Shown here: piece after piece, positions 35,816 through 48,932 of the stretch | Position numbering within the stretch: the first letter of the stretch is position 1 | How the letters are laid out: each line of letters starts with the position of its first letter | From: Cetorhinus maximus | Taxonomy: Eukaryota | Reading direction: 5' to 3' | Length of the DNA: 64,000 bases | NCBI RefSeq assembly: GCF_964194155.1 | Contig: NC_135910.1 | Location: 15,562,001 to 15,626,000 of the forward strand | Made by a program: the position numbers and the translations under genes | The notes under the pieces: model-generated | The model's database searches: none | What the model was told of the DNA's origin: nothing | Seen by the model: the letters and a program-made list of their open reading frames with translations, nothing else

Positions 35816-38800
35816 GGACCATAGAGACAGGAGTAGATTGTTTAGCACCTCAACCCTGTTCTTTTAATCAGTGAGATTGTGGCTGATCTCAAACCTAACT
35901 TCATACACCCGTCCTTGCCCCGTACCCCAACGCTCTGTCTCAGTTTTAAAATTACCAATTGATCTAGCATCAATTGCAGTTTGTGGAAAAGAGTTCCGAA
36001 CTTCTGCCACCCTTAGCATCAAGTGTTTTCTCATTTCACCCCTGGAGTGTTTGGATCTAATTTTTAGACTCTGCCCCTCCCTAAACCGCTACTCCCCAAC
36101 CAGTGGAAATTGATTTCCTCCCAATCTGCCCCACTTAATATCTTAACAACAAGATCACGAAAACCACCTACAGGGAAGACTTTCTTTTTGTGGCCTGCGC
36201 TAACCCATCCAGCAAATTAAATCCATCCATGGTCTCAACCTTGCCCCTCCCAGCACTCTGCTCTGGACTCTGATCTCTTTTGGAACCTTTCTTCTTTTGT
36301 GCAATTATTGACCCCCCCACACACACACATGCAGATTGCATTTTCCAGAAATGCCAATCCTCCAATGAAATTTGAAGAGCCTTTTTGTGGGGGTAGGGTG
36401 GGGGGGAAGAATAATCCTAATGCGAACGTAATGAAAGAGACCAGATCTGTGGGAATCTTGCAGAGAAGCAGTGTGTCCCTTCTTTCCCCATTGACTATTT
36501 AGTTTTCTAATATAGAGCAGGGTGATGTTTTCCAGATGAGCTCTCTGCAGAGGCTGTAGTGTTTAATTAAGAGCTGGCAGCATCGCATTTGATGATAAAT
36601 GCTTGAGCAGCATTGTTTCTGTCAGTGTTGCTGTATCAGCCATTTTGAGCTCGTTAGTTTGACTGGGTTGGCAGGTCTTTGACTCAGGCAGTCTTGTTTG
36701 CAGCTGGTATTTTTCTGGCTATAAGTAGAGTTTTAAAAAGTGTATTTATGCATAATTAGCGTGCAGCCAGAAAACATCTTACGCCTAGCATTCTACCAAC
36801 TCTGCTATGTAATCAGCATTGGGTGTTGCTCGAGTGGGTTGGGGTGTGTCCATTTTTGCTCGCTTTATTCATTGGTTACATTCTCACCTACCCACGCCCT
36901 AAGCTCTGGAATTCCCCACACCCTCCCCCACAAGCCTCTCCACCCCTCTCTTGCCTCCTTTTAAGATTCTCCATAAAACCTACCCCTCTTGTTGAGCTTT
37001 TGGGCATCTGTCCTGGGTTGAACTTTGATAATGATCTTGGGGCACTTTATAACATATTAAAGGTGCTATATAAATGCAAGTTTTTGTATGAAGGTTCTGG
37101 ATTAAAGCTCCACTCCAGGCACTTGAGCACATAATCTATTCTGATGCTTCAGTGTACCATATAAGGTATATTGTTGAAGTGTATTTCAGATGAGGCACAA
37201 TCTGCATATTCAAGTGGATATGAAAGATCCTTCACTATTTGAAGAGCAGTGAAAAGGTTCCCAAATGTTCCATCCCTCAGCCAAACAGTTTAATTGGTCA
37301 TTTATCGCATTTCTGTTTGTGGGACCTTGCTGTGCCCAAATTGGTTGCTACATTTCCTAGCGTTACAACAGAGACAGCATTTCATTTGACTGTTAACTGC
37401 TCTGGAATGTCTCTTGGTTGTAAAAGTATCTAAAGCCTGCAAACAACTTTTGTTTACCATTGGCTTAACTTGCCAAAAGATGACCTTGGCTGGGAAAAGC
37501 TGAAAATGTTCCTAGTTTCAGTGGTATTTGAAGTACAAGAGGGGAATTGAGTAGAAAGTTCCAGTTGCAGGTGTGTTTTGTAATGCTTTGCATCAGTGTA
37601 AGGCCAGTTGATTGTTGGCAATTTTCCTGCCTTCTGTGAAACCAGCTCAGTAAGCTTCAAGGAAAAAATGCTCTCCTGGGTACACCTCTGCTTTGACCCC
37701 TTCCCTGTCCCACTCCCTCCAACTTACAGAATAGCATGGGAGAATTAAGAATTCTTCCACTTTTTAAAAAAAAAGTTGAACACTGTTCAAGAAGGAACAT
37801 ACACTTGTACCTGCTTTTATTGTGAAAAATACACTCGAGGCCCAAACTGCATTAAATATTCAGGTGCAGTGTGTCTGGATTCACTATCCATTTCAGGCCT
37901 TGCTTTTGGCTTTTGCTGGAGGCCGAATATAAATGCTGTTTATCCTAATGGGAGTGATCTGTTATTGTCTTGTGGCATCTGGCTCCCTCATGTTCTGCTG
38001 GGCGTTCAGCAGTAAAATGCATGCCAAGCTCTCCGGAATGGTCTCGAAGGACCCATCTGAAAAGAATGGGAGCTGCAGGAATATTTGATCTGTGCCCAGA
38101 AACAACTTCTGTGCAAAGATCACCTCCTTTCATGTTCCACATATGGAACTTGTAGAGGCGGCGTCAGTCTTCTACTGAGGTTTAAATTTGAACCATGTTG
38201 AAATATGTCCTGGCTCAATTGTTACAAATATCGTAAAGCTGAATTTGGCTTCAGGTAATCTGTTTGGTGTCTGGTAACAAGAAAGATGTACATTTATATA
38301 GTGCCTTTCATGATCTGTGGAAGCCCCAAAGCACTTTCCAGTTGATGAAAGTACCTTGGGAGTGTAGTAATGCTGTAATGCCACTGTAATGTAGGAAATG
38401 CAGCAGCCAATTTGTACCCAGCAAGATCTCGCAAACAGTTGATATAACAATGACCAGATAATATGTTTTGATGATATCAGTCAAGGGAGAAACGTTGGCC
38501 AGGGCACTAGGGAGAACTCCCCTGCCCTTCTTTAAAAATGATCCCATGGCACTATTTCAACTGGCATTTCAGTAGATGCAAATGTGCTCAAGTCCCTAGA
38601 GTAGGAACTTGAACTCTACAACCTTTTTTGACTCTAGTTTAATTCCTCCCTTCATATAATCTGTGAAAACTGCAAACTCCAAGAAATGGACTTTGCTCAG
38701 ACCAGTTATTTCAATAATGTAATTATATAATCCTTTCACAATTTGTAATTCCCTTCTGGGGGAAGAATGTCTGCTGGATCTACAAGTCAGGGCTTAAAAA

Positions 38801-40993
38801 TAAGGCCCTGAGAATAAAAACTTCTTGGAATCCAGTAGTAGAATTGCAGCAGTAGAGTGTTATTATGGTTGTAATGTGTTGATCGTTAAAATATTTGTTC
38901 AATGCTATTTGAATTTCCAGTAGAAAGTATCTCAGGAATGTGATATAGAATCTGCATTGGTCTTCACAAGTTGTGGAAGAGCCCTGCACTCTTCTGATTT
39001 GAGCCTGTGTGTGTAAAGGCGTTAGGGAAATTAAATTGAGACTGCATTTGCCAAACTCTCTTGGCACCAGTTGTAAATGGCTGAAGGAAGCAAAGAGCTT
39101 TGGTTTTGACGGGGAAGAAGCAGATTCTGCAAAATACTTAAAGTTAAAAATAAATTGTGTCCTTTGAGATGACTTCACTCCTAATGAGACTGGTTCTTGT
39201 TTAAACAAACTGCTTTAATTTCTAGTGAACAAAGGGCTCATTATCATCCAGTTGTAAACACACTGCCCTTGGACTGTGCTTGCTCGGAGATCCTTGTCAT
39301 ATGAAGCCCGCTGTGCCAGAATTGTTTGTTCTCAATTCCAGTTCTTCCTACCAAGTACATTATTTATTTGGAACTATCTTCAGATCAGTCAGCTTCCCCT
39401 GAATGGAGCAACTTGAACATGACAAGGAGATTGGTGATATAATGTCAAAAGGCAGTCTGCATGTTAGTCAAGGGGTTATAACCACAGACCTTCATATTAA
39501 TTGGATCCCAAGCCGGATGGTGAAATATGAAGCTAGAAGGAACTCCTATTCTTGATGGTTAGTTTATTTAAAGAATTGCCTTTTACATAGTGACACCCAC
39601 TATCCCCAAAGTCTGTCTTTATACTCTTGGGTACCATTGAACAAATTAACTAAATGATCAACCCCTTAGGTTCATTAGGGTAGTCTTTCTCTATATGTAC
39701 TCAAGGTACTCAATCAGTCAAGCCCTTCACCTGTATATCCTTAAACTTGATAATACTTTCACAATTGTGAAATTGATAATTCACTTACACGATTGAGGTA
39801 CTGCCAATAGTGGGGAAATCAGTTGGGTTTAGGGGGCAATGTTGGAAGGATATATTGGCGTTGGTTGTTTTGAAACATTTTTAAAGAGTAGTTGAGCCTA
39901 GGAGATGGGGAGTGGGGTGTGATGATGAAGAGCCAATTATAACCATTTAAACATTTTAAGATAACGTTTCCATCTACATTTGTTTATAAAGGCAGCTTTG
40001 TGGAGGTGGCATGGCAAATAAATCGACATTTGAGTTATCAAAAGGCATTGAGTTAAGGAGGGAAGGACAGTGTCTTCACAGGCAGCAGAAGGCCATTCTG
40101 CCCATTGAGTCCATGCCAGGTGTTTGTGAGATTGAAGTATGTGGAATCTTAAAGATGCAGAATAAGGGGAGTTGGTATTGAACATTGAAATGTTTCTATT
40201 CTGGCCACCTTATTCTATTTGAATTTTCCCAGATTATATACACTGCAATTAGATGCTGAGTTGAGCTGGCTCTGTCCTAATGAATTCCCGCAGACCCAAA
40301 TTTTAGGAAAGAGAAGACTTGCATTTATGTATCATGACCTCAAGAAGTCCTGAAGCACTTTACAGCCAATGAAACACTTATCACTGTTGTAGTATCGGAC
40401 ACCAATCTGTACACAAGGTACCACAAATAGAAATGAGTCAATGACCAGGTAATCCATTTGTGGTATTGATTGAGGGATAGATATTGGCCAAGACACTGGA
40501 GAACTTCCCAGCATAAACAAGCTTAAAGGGCCGAATGGCCTACTCCTCCTATTTCCTATGTTCCTAACTCCCCAGTTCCTCTTCAAAATACTTTCAAGGA
40601 GTCTTTCATTTCTGAGAGGGCAAACTTAGTTTAACGCCTCATCTGAAAGACAGCATTGCCAGTAACCAGTACTGAATGCTGTATTTTCAGAGTGTCAGCT
40701 GAGATTGCACACCAGAGTATCCTGGAGTGGGATTTGAACCTGGAACCTTAGCAGTGTGGTTGCTACCACAGAGACGAGGCTAGACGAACCCTCTGCATTC
40801 ATGCAGCAACATTTTTGGTCTCTTACCCTAACTATATTACAAATAAAGCTGCCAACCTAATGATGATTTGGGGTGGTTTGTGCTGTGGATCCATCAGGTG
40901 ATGGTCAGAGACCCCCCCCCTACTCCGAGTTTCTACCCCAGTCAGCACCCTGGCCTTGTCCAGAATTTAACATCGTTCTTCCTTTCTGTTCAG

Positions 40994-41073
40994 GGGGTCT
41001 TCAAGATTAGAAGACGCGTGTGAAATGTACGCCAGGGCTGCTAATATGTTTAAGATGGCCAAGAACTGGAGTG
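40994..41073 (+). CDS. NAPA: NAPA exon 2
   Basis: TTCAG| [26 protein letters not shown]+G |GTAAGT; 80 nt. Confidence 0.96.
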
Positions 41074-42469
41074 GTAAGTATAGATTCCAAACAGCACACT
41101 TGGGCTGCATTATGTCTGGCCTAGTGAGTGTGAGATGTTGTCTGGCCTGTTTTCAAATTACATTTGTGGGTTCAATTACAGTGATGATGAGTATTAATCA
41201 GACCAGCACACAGCTGCTGTACCAGGAGCAGATCAGATTTACCTGGCAATGGATATGATTGTTTCCAGGAGGAGATTTTAATAGTGTGAATATTGTCAAA
41301 TTGGTTAAAACTCTCAATATCCTGTGATTTCCCCCAAAAGGGAGCTGGTGGGATGGAAAACGCTATACGTTAGATGGCATTCAGCCATCTTGGTGTAAAC
41401 TAGAACCTTAAACAGGCACAAAACTCATGGGTGGTCTTCCCCAGTGATCATTCAGATCCTGGCTCTGAGTGCGATGATTTTGCCAAGCTCGGCCAGGAGC
41501 CTACCTGCAAGGAGCCCCCAACACAGCTTGTGGTTCTGGCTGAGCATTAATCTGGCAGTAGCCCTGAGCCCTTTAGGAAGCCTCTGGGTTCACCTGATTC
41601 AGAGAGTGAGCATGGACCAGCAAATATGAGTGCAGGCATCACTTGTGTTTCTTGGGCTTTAAGAGCCAGACTGCCGCAGTTACGTGTTGGACACTATAGA
41701 GAGCAGGCAGCCAGGATTTGGGAATAGCTCTCTGCTCTATTCTGAATGGGGAACCATTTTTCTCCAATTGTAGATATGTTACTATTTAATATCAACGTTG
41801 CTTTTTTTTCGAAAATGGCCTGTTCAATTGAAGCATTCGAGTGGGAATTGGATTGTTATCTAAAAAAGGAAGAATGTGTGGGCTAGAGAGAGAAGACTGG
41901 GAAGTGGCACTAGGTGAATTGATCCTTCAGAGAGCCAGCACAGATATAACAGGCCGAATGGCCACCTCCTGTGCTGTAACAATTGCATCATTCTGTGTAG
42001 GTTACTGCCATTTTGATATAGCATAGATGAAGTTGCTTGGCCAGTTCAGTTTAAGGAACCTTCTCCTGGGGATTTTAGTATAAATTCAGGGACGGGGGCT
42101 TTTTTGCGATGTGGACAGCAATGCCAACAAACAAGTTTCTCTCTCTATATTTGAATTTAGCTGCTGCACTCCTGCAGACTGATTTGGATCCATGCAGTAT
42201 GCAGATAAAGCATGTTATCCGAGTGCCAGGAGTTAACAGCATCATGTTAATCTAAAAGAATATTAGACGGTGCAAAAAGTGGCCTGATTAATTCTGGACT
42301 TGGCTCAACTGTGCATATATTTGCATTATATTTATCAAAGAATATTTGCAATACTGTTTGCACTCTTTGGGCACAGAGCAGTTTGTGTTCACTGAATCTG
42401 CTATTTTACTGCAGCTGCTGTAATATGCTGGTAATAACCCACTCCTAATGTGTACTCATCTTTCTTTAG

Positions 42470-42586
42470 CTGCAGGCAATGCCTTCTGTGAGGCTGCTAA
42501 ACTCCACCTCTACTTGCAGAGTAAACATGATGCAGCTACAAACTTTGTGGATGCAGGAAATGCCTTTAAGAAAGCTGATCCCCAAG
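42470..42586 (+). CDS. NAPA: NAPA exon 3
   Basis: TTTAG| (A)[38 protein letters not shown]+G |GTAACT; 117 nt. Confidence 0.97.
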
Positions 42587-43787
42587 GTAACTCTCTTGGC
42601 CTTGTAATACGAGTGAATGTTTGCAGAGAATAAGGAAATGCAGTGAAACTCAAAATAAATGTAATTCTAAATACTTAAATCATTTATTATTGCTATTTTA
42701 AGTCACATTCTTATTTTAGGCTCAATTTTATACCATTATATTCCTTTCAGTACTTGAAATGTGTTGTGCAATTTATATACCTGACTCTCTCCTATTTTTT
42801 GTACAAGGGCAGCAATTCTACAATTTTAGCTGTTTGTTCAGAGCATCAGTGGTAGAAGATTTAGGATGGCTAAGTTAACCAGCTAACCAGCCATGATTGA
42901 CTTCTTGTACAGGGGCCAACCAACTAGGGACATGACTAGTCTGCTGGCCTGCAGACAGTGAAGGCTGGTTTAAAAAACATTATTTTCATCTGCTTTCATA
43001 CTGGTGCAACAGCTAAGTCTCCTTGATTGAAACGTTGGTAGGATGGAGGAGCGTCTGAGCCTGGGAGCTGTATAAGAGGAGAGACTATTCATGCAAACAA
43101 AGCTCAAAAGCCCTAGACCTTTACTAATACTCAAAAGCCATTATTCTCTCTTTTGGAGAGTTAGAATTTGGGGCTAGAAGTGAGGCCTATCTTAAGTTTT
43201 CAAGATATTAAGGGGACCAGTTTAGATGGATGGAGAAACTGTTTCCACTGGTTGGGGAGTGGGACTAGGGGGCATAGTCTAAAACTTAGAGCCAGATATT
43301 TCAGGATTGAAATAAGGAAACACTTCTTCACACAGGGTGGGAGAAGTTTAGAACACTCTTCCACAAGTAGCAGTTGATGCCAGATCAATTAACGTTAAAT
43401 CTGAGTGATAGATTTGTTAATCAAGGTCTTGAAGGATATGGGATAAAGGTGTGTATGTGGAGTTAGGCTGTCGATCAGCCATGGTCTGCTTGAATGGGGG
43501 CAGAACAGGCTTGATGGACTAAATGGCCTCCTTCTGTTTCTATGATATGCTGATAGGTTGAGATGAAAAGGGTTACAAGATTTGTGTGGAGCATAAACAC
43601 CAGGATGGACCAGTTGGACTGAATGGCCTGTTTCTGTATAAGTGCACTAAAATTCTATGAAAATGTGTCCTTGGCACACTAAGATTAAATGGCAGTATGA
43701 ATATTGACCAGCCCACCGATTTGAGGATAGATTAATCAATCTCGAAGCTGGTTTTCCGCTGCTTTTAATTGGAAAGTAATTAAGAGG

Positions 43788-44289
43788 TAGGGTGGCTGGC
43801 CAGATGTCCTGGTTTTGCCAGAACAGTCTCGGTTTTTCATTAAATAGCCCAGTGTCCTGACAATTTCCTAAAAATAGTTCAAATGTCTTGCATTCGCCTT
43901 TAACCTTTTTGCCAAATATAAACTGGGGCCGGTGGGGGAATCTGAAATTTCATCCTTCCTGTAAGCGCCCATCACATTGCGTTGTATCACAAGCAGTGGA
44001 CCTGTATCCCACCCCCTTTGAAATCTCCTAGGGAATTGTCTCTACCTTTTTTGGGGCCCCTGGCTGCATTGCTAATGACACCTTTTAATCAATCTATACA
44101 ATAGGATGGCCAACTCTGGCTGGATATATTCTGGAAGATGTCATCACATGACCTCGAACATTCAACTGTCCCGCCCCCAGACTCCTGACATTGGTCGTCC
44201 AACATGTCAATCATCATGGAGCCCCTCCCCGCCTTCCTATGGCCTTTCAACGTGTTCCGGTTTTGAGTTTTGAAAATTTGGACGCCCTA
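43788..44289. mobile_element. hAT (Blackjack-like) non-autonomous DNA transposon
   Basis: TIRs TAGGGTGG..CCAGATGTCC and TTTGGACGCCCTA; degenerate 8-bp TSD TTAAGAGG / CTAATAGG (6 of 8 match). Confidence 0.6.
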
Positions 44290-44509
44290 CTAATAGGGGA
44301 ACTGTTATAATGTCACTGTATCTATCGAAGTAGAATAACAGCAACACTAGTTGAACTTAACATGAATATCTAATGCAAATTTTCTGCCAGTCGTCATGAG
44401 CTGAGTGGGTAACAACACAGCAGGGAAAGAGGGAGAAGGGGTAATAATTTTTTTAATTGGCAATGAGCCTAACTTTTTTAAGTGCTAATGTTTGTGGTTT
44501 TTCTTCCAG

Positions 44510-44556
44510 AGGCCATTAATTGTTTAAACAGAGCGATAGAGATTTACACAGATATG
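44510..44556 (+). CDS. NAPA: NAPA exon 4
   Basis: TCCAG| (E)AINCLNRAIEIYTDM |GTAAGA; 47 nt. Confidence 0.96.
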
Positions 44557-44690
44557 GTAAGATGCTAATCCAAATATTTGTAATGTTAAAAGTTATCTGC
44601 ATTGCCTCAGAATCAGTGGGTGTGGGGTCAAGCCCCACTTCAGAGACTTGACCGCGCGCTTGGCTGACCGTCCTGTACATTACTGAACTA

Positions 44691-44868
44691 AAAACAAAAA
44701 ACTGCGGATGCTAGAAATCCAAAACAAAAACAAAAATACCTGGAAAAACTCAGCAGGTCTGGCAGCATCGGCGGAGAAGAGCAAAGTTGACGTTTCAAGT
44801 CCTCATGACCCTTCAACAGAACTAAGTAGAAATAGGAAAGGGGAGAAATATCTGGCCGATGCTGCCAG
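44691..44868. mobile_element. Penelope-type insertion with 14-bp TSD inside a SINE
   Basis: TSD ACATTACTGAACTA at 44677-44690 and 44869-44882; internal inversion GTCTGGCAGCATCGGC / GCCGATGCTGCCAGAC. Confidence 0.7.
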
Positions 44869-45657
44869 ACATTACTGAACTAGGGCTGCGTTGTCATTTT
44901 AGATGAGGTGTTATAACTGAGGCTTGGTCTGAATGTTCAGGGAGATGTAAAGGACCCCCACAGCACACTTCAGTGTGCTGACCAACAGTCCTCCTTCCGT
45001 CAGCACCAGAATGACTGGTCGTTCTCTGTGGGACCTTGCTGTTTGACGGTGGGGCTACGCGCTGATGCACCAAAGCTCTCTGCTGCTCTACTATCCCTGT
45101 GAGCTCATGATGTTCAGATCTACTCATTCTTGGAGGAAACAAGAGGGAGCAAAAAGGATCCATCCCCCCCACCGAATATTGTCAATGGGAGCTTGTGGCC
45201 GCCCAGCATGCTGCAATTAGATTCTTTCGTTTGTATATTACTCCCGAAGCCATTTGTTTTGGGATTTGTTAATTTTTAGCTGCTATATTAAGAGACCTGT
45301 CCAACAGTCAGAGCTTGCTGATATCTGAAAGAAAAGCCTTGAGATTCACTGAGAGGAAGGCATGTTATTTTAAAATCTTCCCCACCGTCAAAATGTACAA
45401 TTCCTATAAGAGTTTATTATGCAGCCAGGACCATTAATGCTGATTTTTCAGAATATTAAAGCAGCTTTTAATTTAATTTAAGCCAGTAGGTTGGACAAGA
45501 ACATGTCCAGATCTGATGTTAACCAAATGAAACACATCTTGGACAATGTTCCCGCTGCTATTCTAAGACTGACCTTTTGCATCTCATTCTTTGTTTCGTC
45601 ATCACTATTTATCTTTTGAAGTGCAAGTTTGTCACGCAAATTTGTGTTTGTATTTAG

Positions 45658-45735
45658 GGTCGGTTTACGATTGCAGCGAAGCATCACATATCGATAGCAG
45701 AGATTTACGAGAGTGAGTTGGTGGACATTGAGAAA
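45658..45735 (+). CDS. NAPA: NAPA exon 5
   Basis: TTTAG| GRFTIAAKHHISIAEIYESELVDIEK |GTAGGT; 78 nt. Confidence 0.97.
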
Positions 45736-45864
45736 GTAGGTATCTGAGCTTGGGTTTCCTGTTGAATTTGTGCTGAATGTTCTGTTGAACATTTGTGCTA
45801 GCCTTTTAAGTGTTAAAGTGAATTGCCACATAACACTTAAAAGTTGTCTCACCTTAACATCTGT

Positions 45865-47990
45865 CATAGGGAAATGTTAGCTACTATTAGAGAAGCTATA
45901 GAAGGGCACTTGGATAAGTTCAAGGTAATCAGGCAGAGTCAACATGGTTTTGTGAAAGAGGAATCATATTTAACCAACTTATTGGACGACTTTGAGGAAG
46001 TAACACGTGCTGTGGATAAAGGGGAACCAGTGGATGTACTGGACTTAGATTTCAAGAAGGCATTTGATAAAGTGCCACATCAAAGGTAATTGTGGAAAAT
46101 AAAATCTCATGCTATAGGGGGTAATATATTGGCATGGATAGAAGATTGGCTAGCCAACAGGAAGCAGAGTAGGCATAAATGGGTCTTTTTCAGGTTGGCA
46201 AGATGTGCCACAAGGATCATTGCTGGGAACTCTACTGTTTGCAATTTATATAAATGACTTGGATGAAGGGATGATTGCCAAATTTGCTGAGACACAAAGA
46301 TAGGTAGGAAAGTAAGTTCTGAAGAAGACAAAAGGAGGCTACAAAAAGATATAGATCGGTTAAGTGAGTGGGCAAAGATCTGGCAAATGGAGTATAAAGT
46401 GGGAAAAGTGTGAAGCTGTCCATTTTGGCAGAAAGAATAAAAGAGAAGCATATCTAAATGGTAAGAGATTGCAGAGGTCTGAAATGCAGACAGAGGGATC
46501 TGGGTGTCCTAGTGCATGAATCGCAAAAGGCTAGTGTGCAGATACAGCAAGTAATTAGGAAAGCTAATAGAATATTATAATTTATTGTGAGGGGAATTGA
46601 ATACAAAAGTAGGGCGAATATACTTGTGTTATGACCCAGCAGTTGGTAAAGCTGAGTTACTTAATCCCGGAGGGAAACTTTAAACAACTATCATAACCTA
46701 TATTTTTAAGTGGTATGTCTGAGATGCAGCTCTAAAGTCAGGAATCAGACCACCAGTTCTCGAGAGGTTTTATATCAAAATACATGCAGCATTTATTAAT
46801 TTACACAAGCTAAATATATACACATGGCTACAAATTACTACTGTCATAACTTTAACAAATTCCCAAACAAATCCCCATTAAGACAACAGCAACCCATAGA
46901 TTTTAAGCAGACACCAGGCAAAGCATTTTCACCTTACAAATTCAAAATGAGGTTCCTTTCACTTTGGTTTCTTGCAGACAGAGCGGTAGGCTTACAGACT
47001 TTGATGTTACATTGCCTCTGCCCTGAACGCACAAAACTGCTGTCTGTTATACCTAGCACATCTCATTGAATGTAAATTCTCATTGTATCACCAGCCTCTT
47101 TGAACTCCACCTCTTCTAACAATAAAACCCCTTTCATAGTACCAATTTTATTAGTAATATAAACATTGCTTGGTCTCTTCTAGCTAGGTGCCAGATTTCG
47201 CTCCCCTTCTTGAATGCTCTATCCAACAAAATGCAAATGCGCTCTCTTACATCTCAAAACTAGTACACATCAAAGCACCCAGACTAGCTGGCTTTAATCC
47301 AATTAAGACACACCCACAGACTAGCCCTGTATTTAAAAAAAATAATTTCAGTAACGTTATATACATTAATAGCTTCGTGACATTGTTATACAGAGCACTA
47401 GTGAGACCACATTTGGAATACTGTGTACTGTATTGGTCACCTTATTTAGGGAATGATGTAACTGTGTTGGAAGCAGTTCAGAGAAGGTTTGCCAGACTAA
47501 TATCTGGAATAGCTTTTCTGGAAAAGCTTTTAGCTTTTTGTTAATATCTGGAATGTGTGGGTTGTCTCATGAGGAAAGGTTGGACAGGTTAGACTTGTAT
47601 CCTCTCGAGTTTAGAAGAATAAGAGGTGACTTGATTGAAACATACATCCTGTCAAGGCCCCGCAGGATCTTGTATATGAAGAGAATGTTTCCTTTTGTGG
47701 GAGAATCTAGAACTATGGGTCCCTGTTTAAAAATAGGGAGTCGCCCATTTAAAACAGAGATGAGGCGCAATTTTTTTGAGGGTTGAGTCTTACGAGCTCT
47801 CCCTGAAAAGTTGGTGGAAGCAGAGTCTTGAATATTTTTAAGGCAGAGGTGGATGGATTCTTGATCAGCAAAGGGGGTGATAGGTTATTGGGGGTAGGCA
47901 GAATGCAGATTTGAGGCTATCAGGTCAGCGATTATCTTATTAAATGGTGGAGCAGGCTCGAGGCGCCAAATGGCCTATTCCTTCGTATGT
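45865..47990 (+). mobile_element. CR1 LINE (RT region to 3' end) split by an LTR-like insertion
   Basis: SQHGFVK..LTNLL..VDVLDLDFKKAFDKVPH, then LYRALVRPHLEYCV..WSPYL resumes at 47383. Confidence 0.85.
46627..47382 (-). mobile_element. Solo LTR-like element (756 bp)
   Basis: TGTTATGA...TCGTGACA termini exactly interrupt collinear CR1 sequence; AATAAA on the - strand near 46795; TSD ambiguous (TTG or TTGT). Confidence 0.65.
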
Positions 47991-48876
47991 ATCCCTTGTC
48001 CCTTTTTTATTCTTGTTTTATTTAATAGCTTATGAGGACGAAGGTTCCTGGGCGGTTGGTTCTAGTTACTAACAAGAGATCAGGAAGGTTCCTTGGTCTC
48101 TGCTATCTAGAGACCATATTGTATGAAAAATATTGAGGTGCTTTTAGTGGGAGTGGAGAATTATTCTCTCAGGTCCTGGAGGGCTTGACTCTGGCATGTG
48201 CCTTCCACAGGTACTGATCACAACACCAGCTTGCATTTATATAGTGCCTTTACTGTGGTAAAACATCCTGTGGCAGTTGACAGGAGCATTATCAAACAAA
48301 ATTTAACACCGAGCCACAAAGATATTAAGACAGACGACCAGTCAACTACATAGGTTTTAAAGAAGAGCGGTTTAGGGAGAGAATTCCAGAGCTTGGGGAA
48401 CTGAAGGTATGGCTTCCAATGGTGGAGCAATTAAAATCAGAGATGCACAAGAGGCCAGAATTGGAGAAACGCAAATGTCTTGGAAGATTGTAGGGCTGGG
48501 GGAGTTTACACAGGGTGGGGGCAAGATCAAGGAGGAAGTTGAAAACAAATCACTGACCACTGTCATCCAAGTAATGAATCATCACGTGGAATTGACAATG
48601 TGTCAGTGGGCTAATCAACTGCAGTGGGCTGCGTAGACGAATCATCCCTGCCCTCACCCAAAAGCTATGTGATGGAGAATAAAAAAGAAATTGAGCAATA
48701 ACTCAGCCGATCAGTATCAACAATGTGCATCTTTTAATGGCAGAATTTCACACTGTCCAGGTTTGGCCTGTGAAATGAGACTCTTATCTTGGGACTGTCA
48801 AAGGTTCAGATTTATTCTAATTTGGCAAATACTGTCTTCTACTGAAGCATCCTCACTGCTTGACTTTCCTTTTCAG

Positions 48877-48932
48877 GCAATTGCGCATTATGAACAGGCG
48901 GCTGATTACTACAAAGGGGAAGAATCCAACAG
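48877..48932 (+). CDS. NAPA: NAPA exon 6
   Basis: TTCAG| AIAHYEQAADYYKGEESN+AG |GTTAGC; 56 nt. Confidence 0.97.

Noticed and set aside
38086-38121. Small hairpin GATCTGTGCCCAGAA..TTCTGTGCAAAGATC as a miRNA or snoRNA candidate
   Set aside because: The stem is too short for a pre-miRNA, there are no C/D or H/ACA boxes, and I do not recognise a family.
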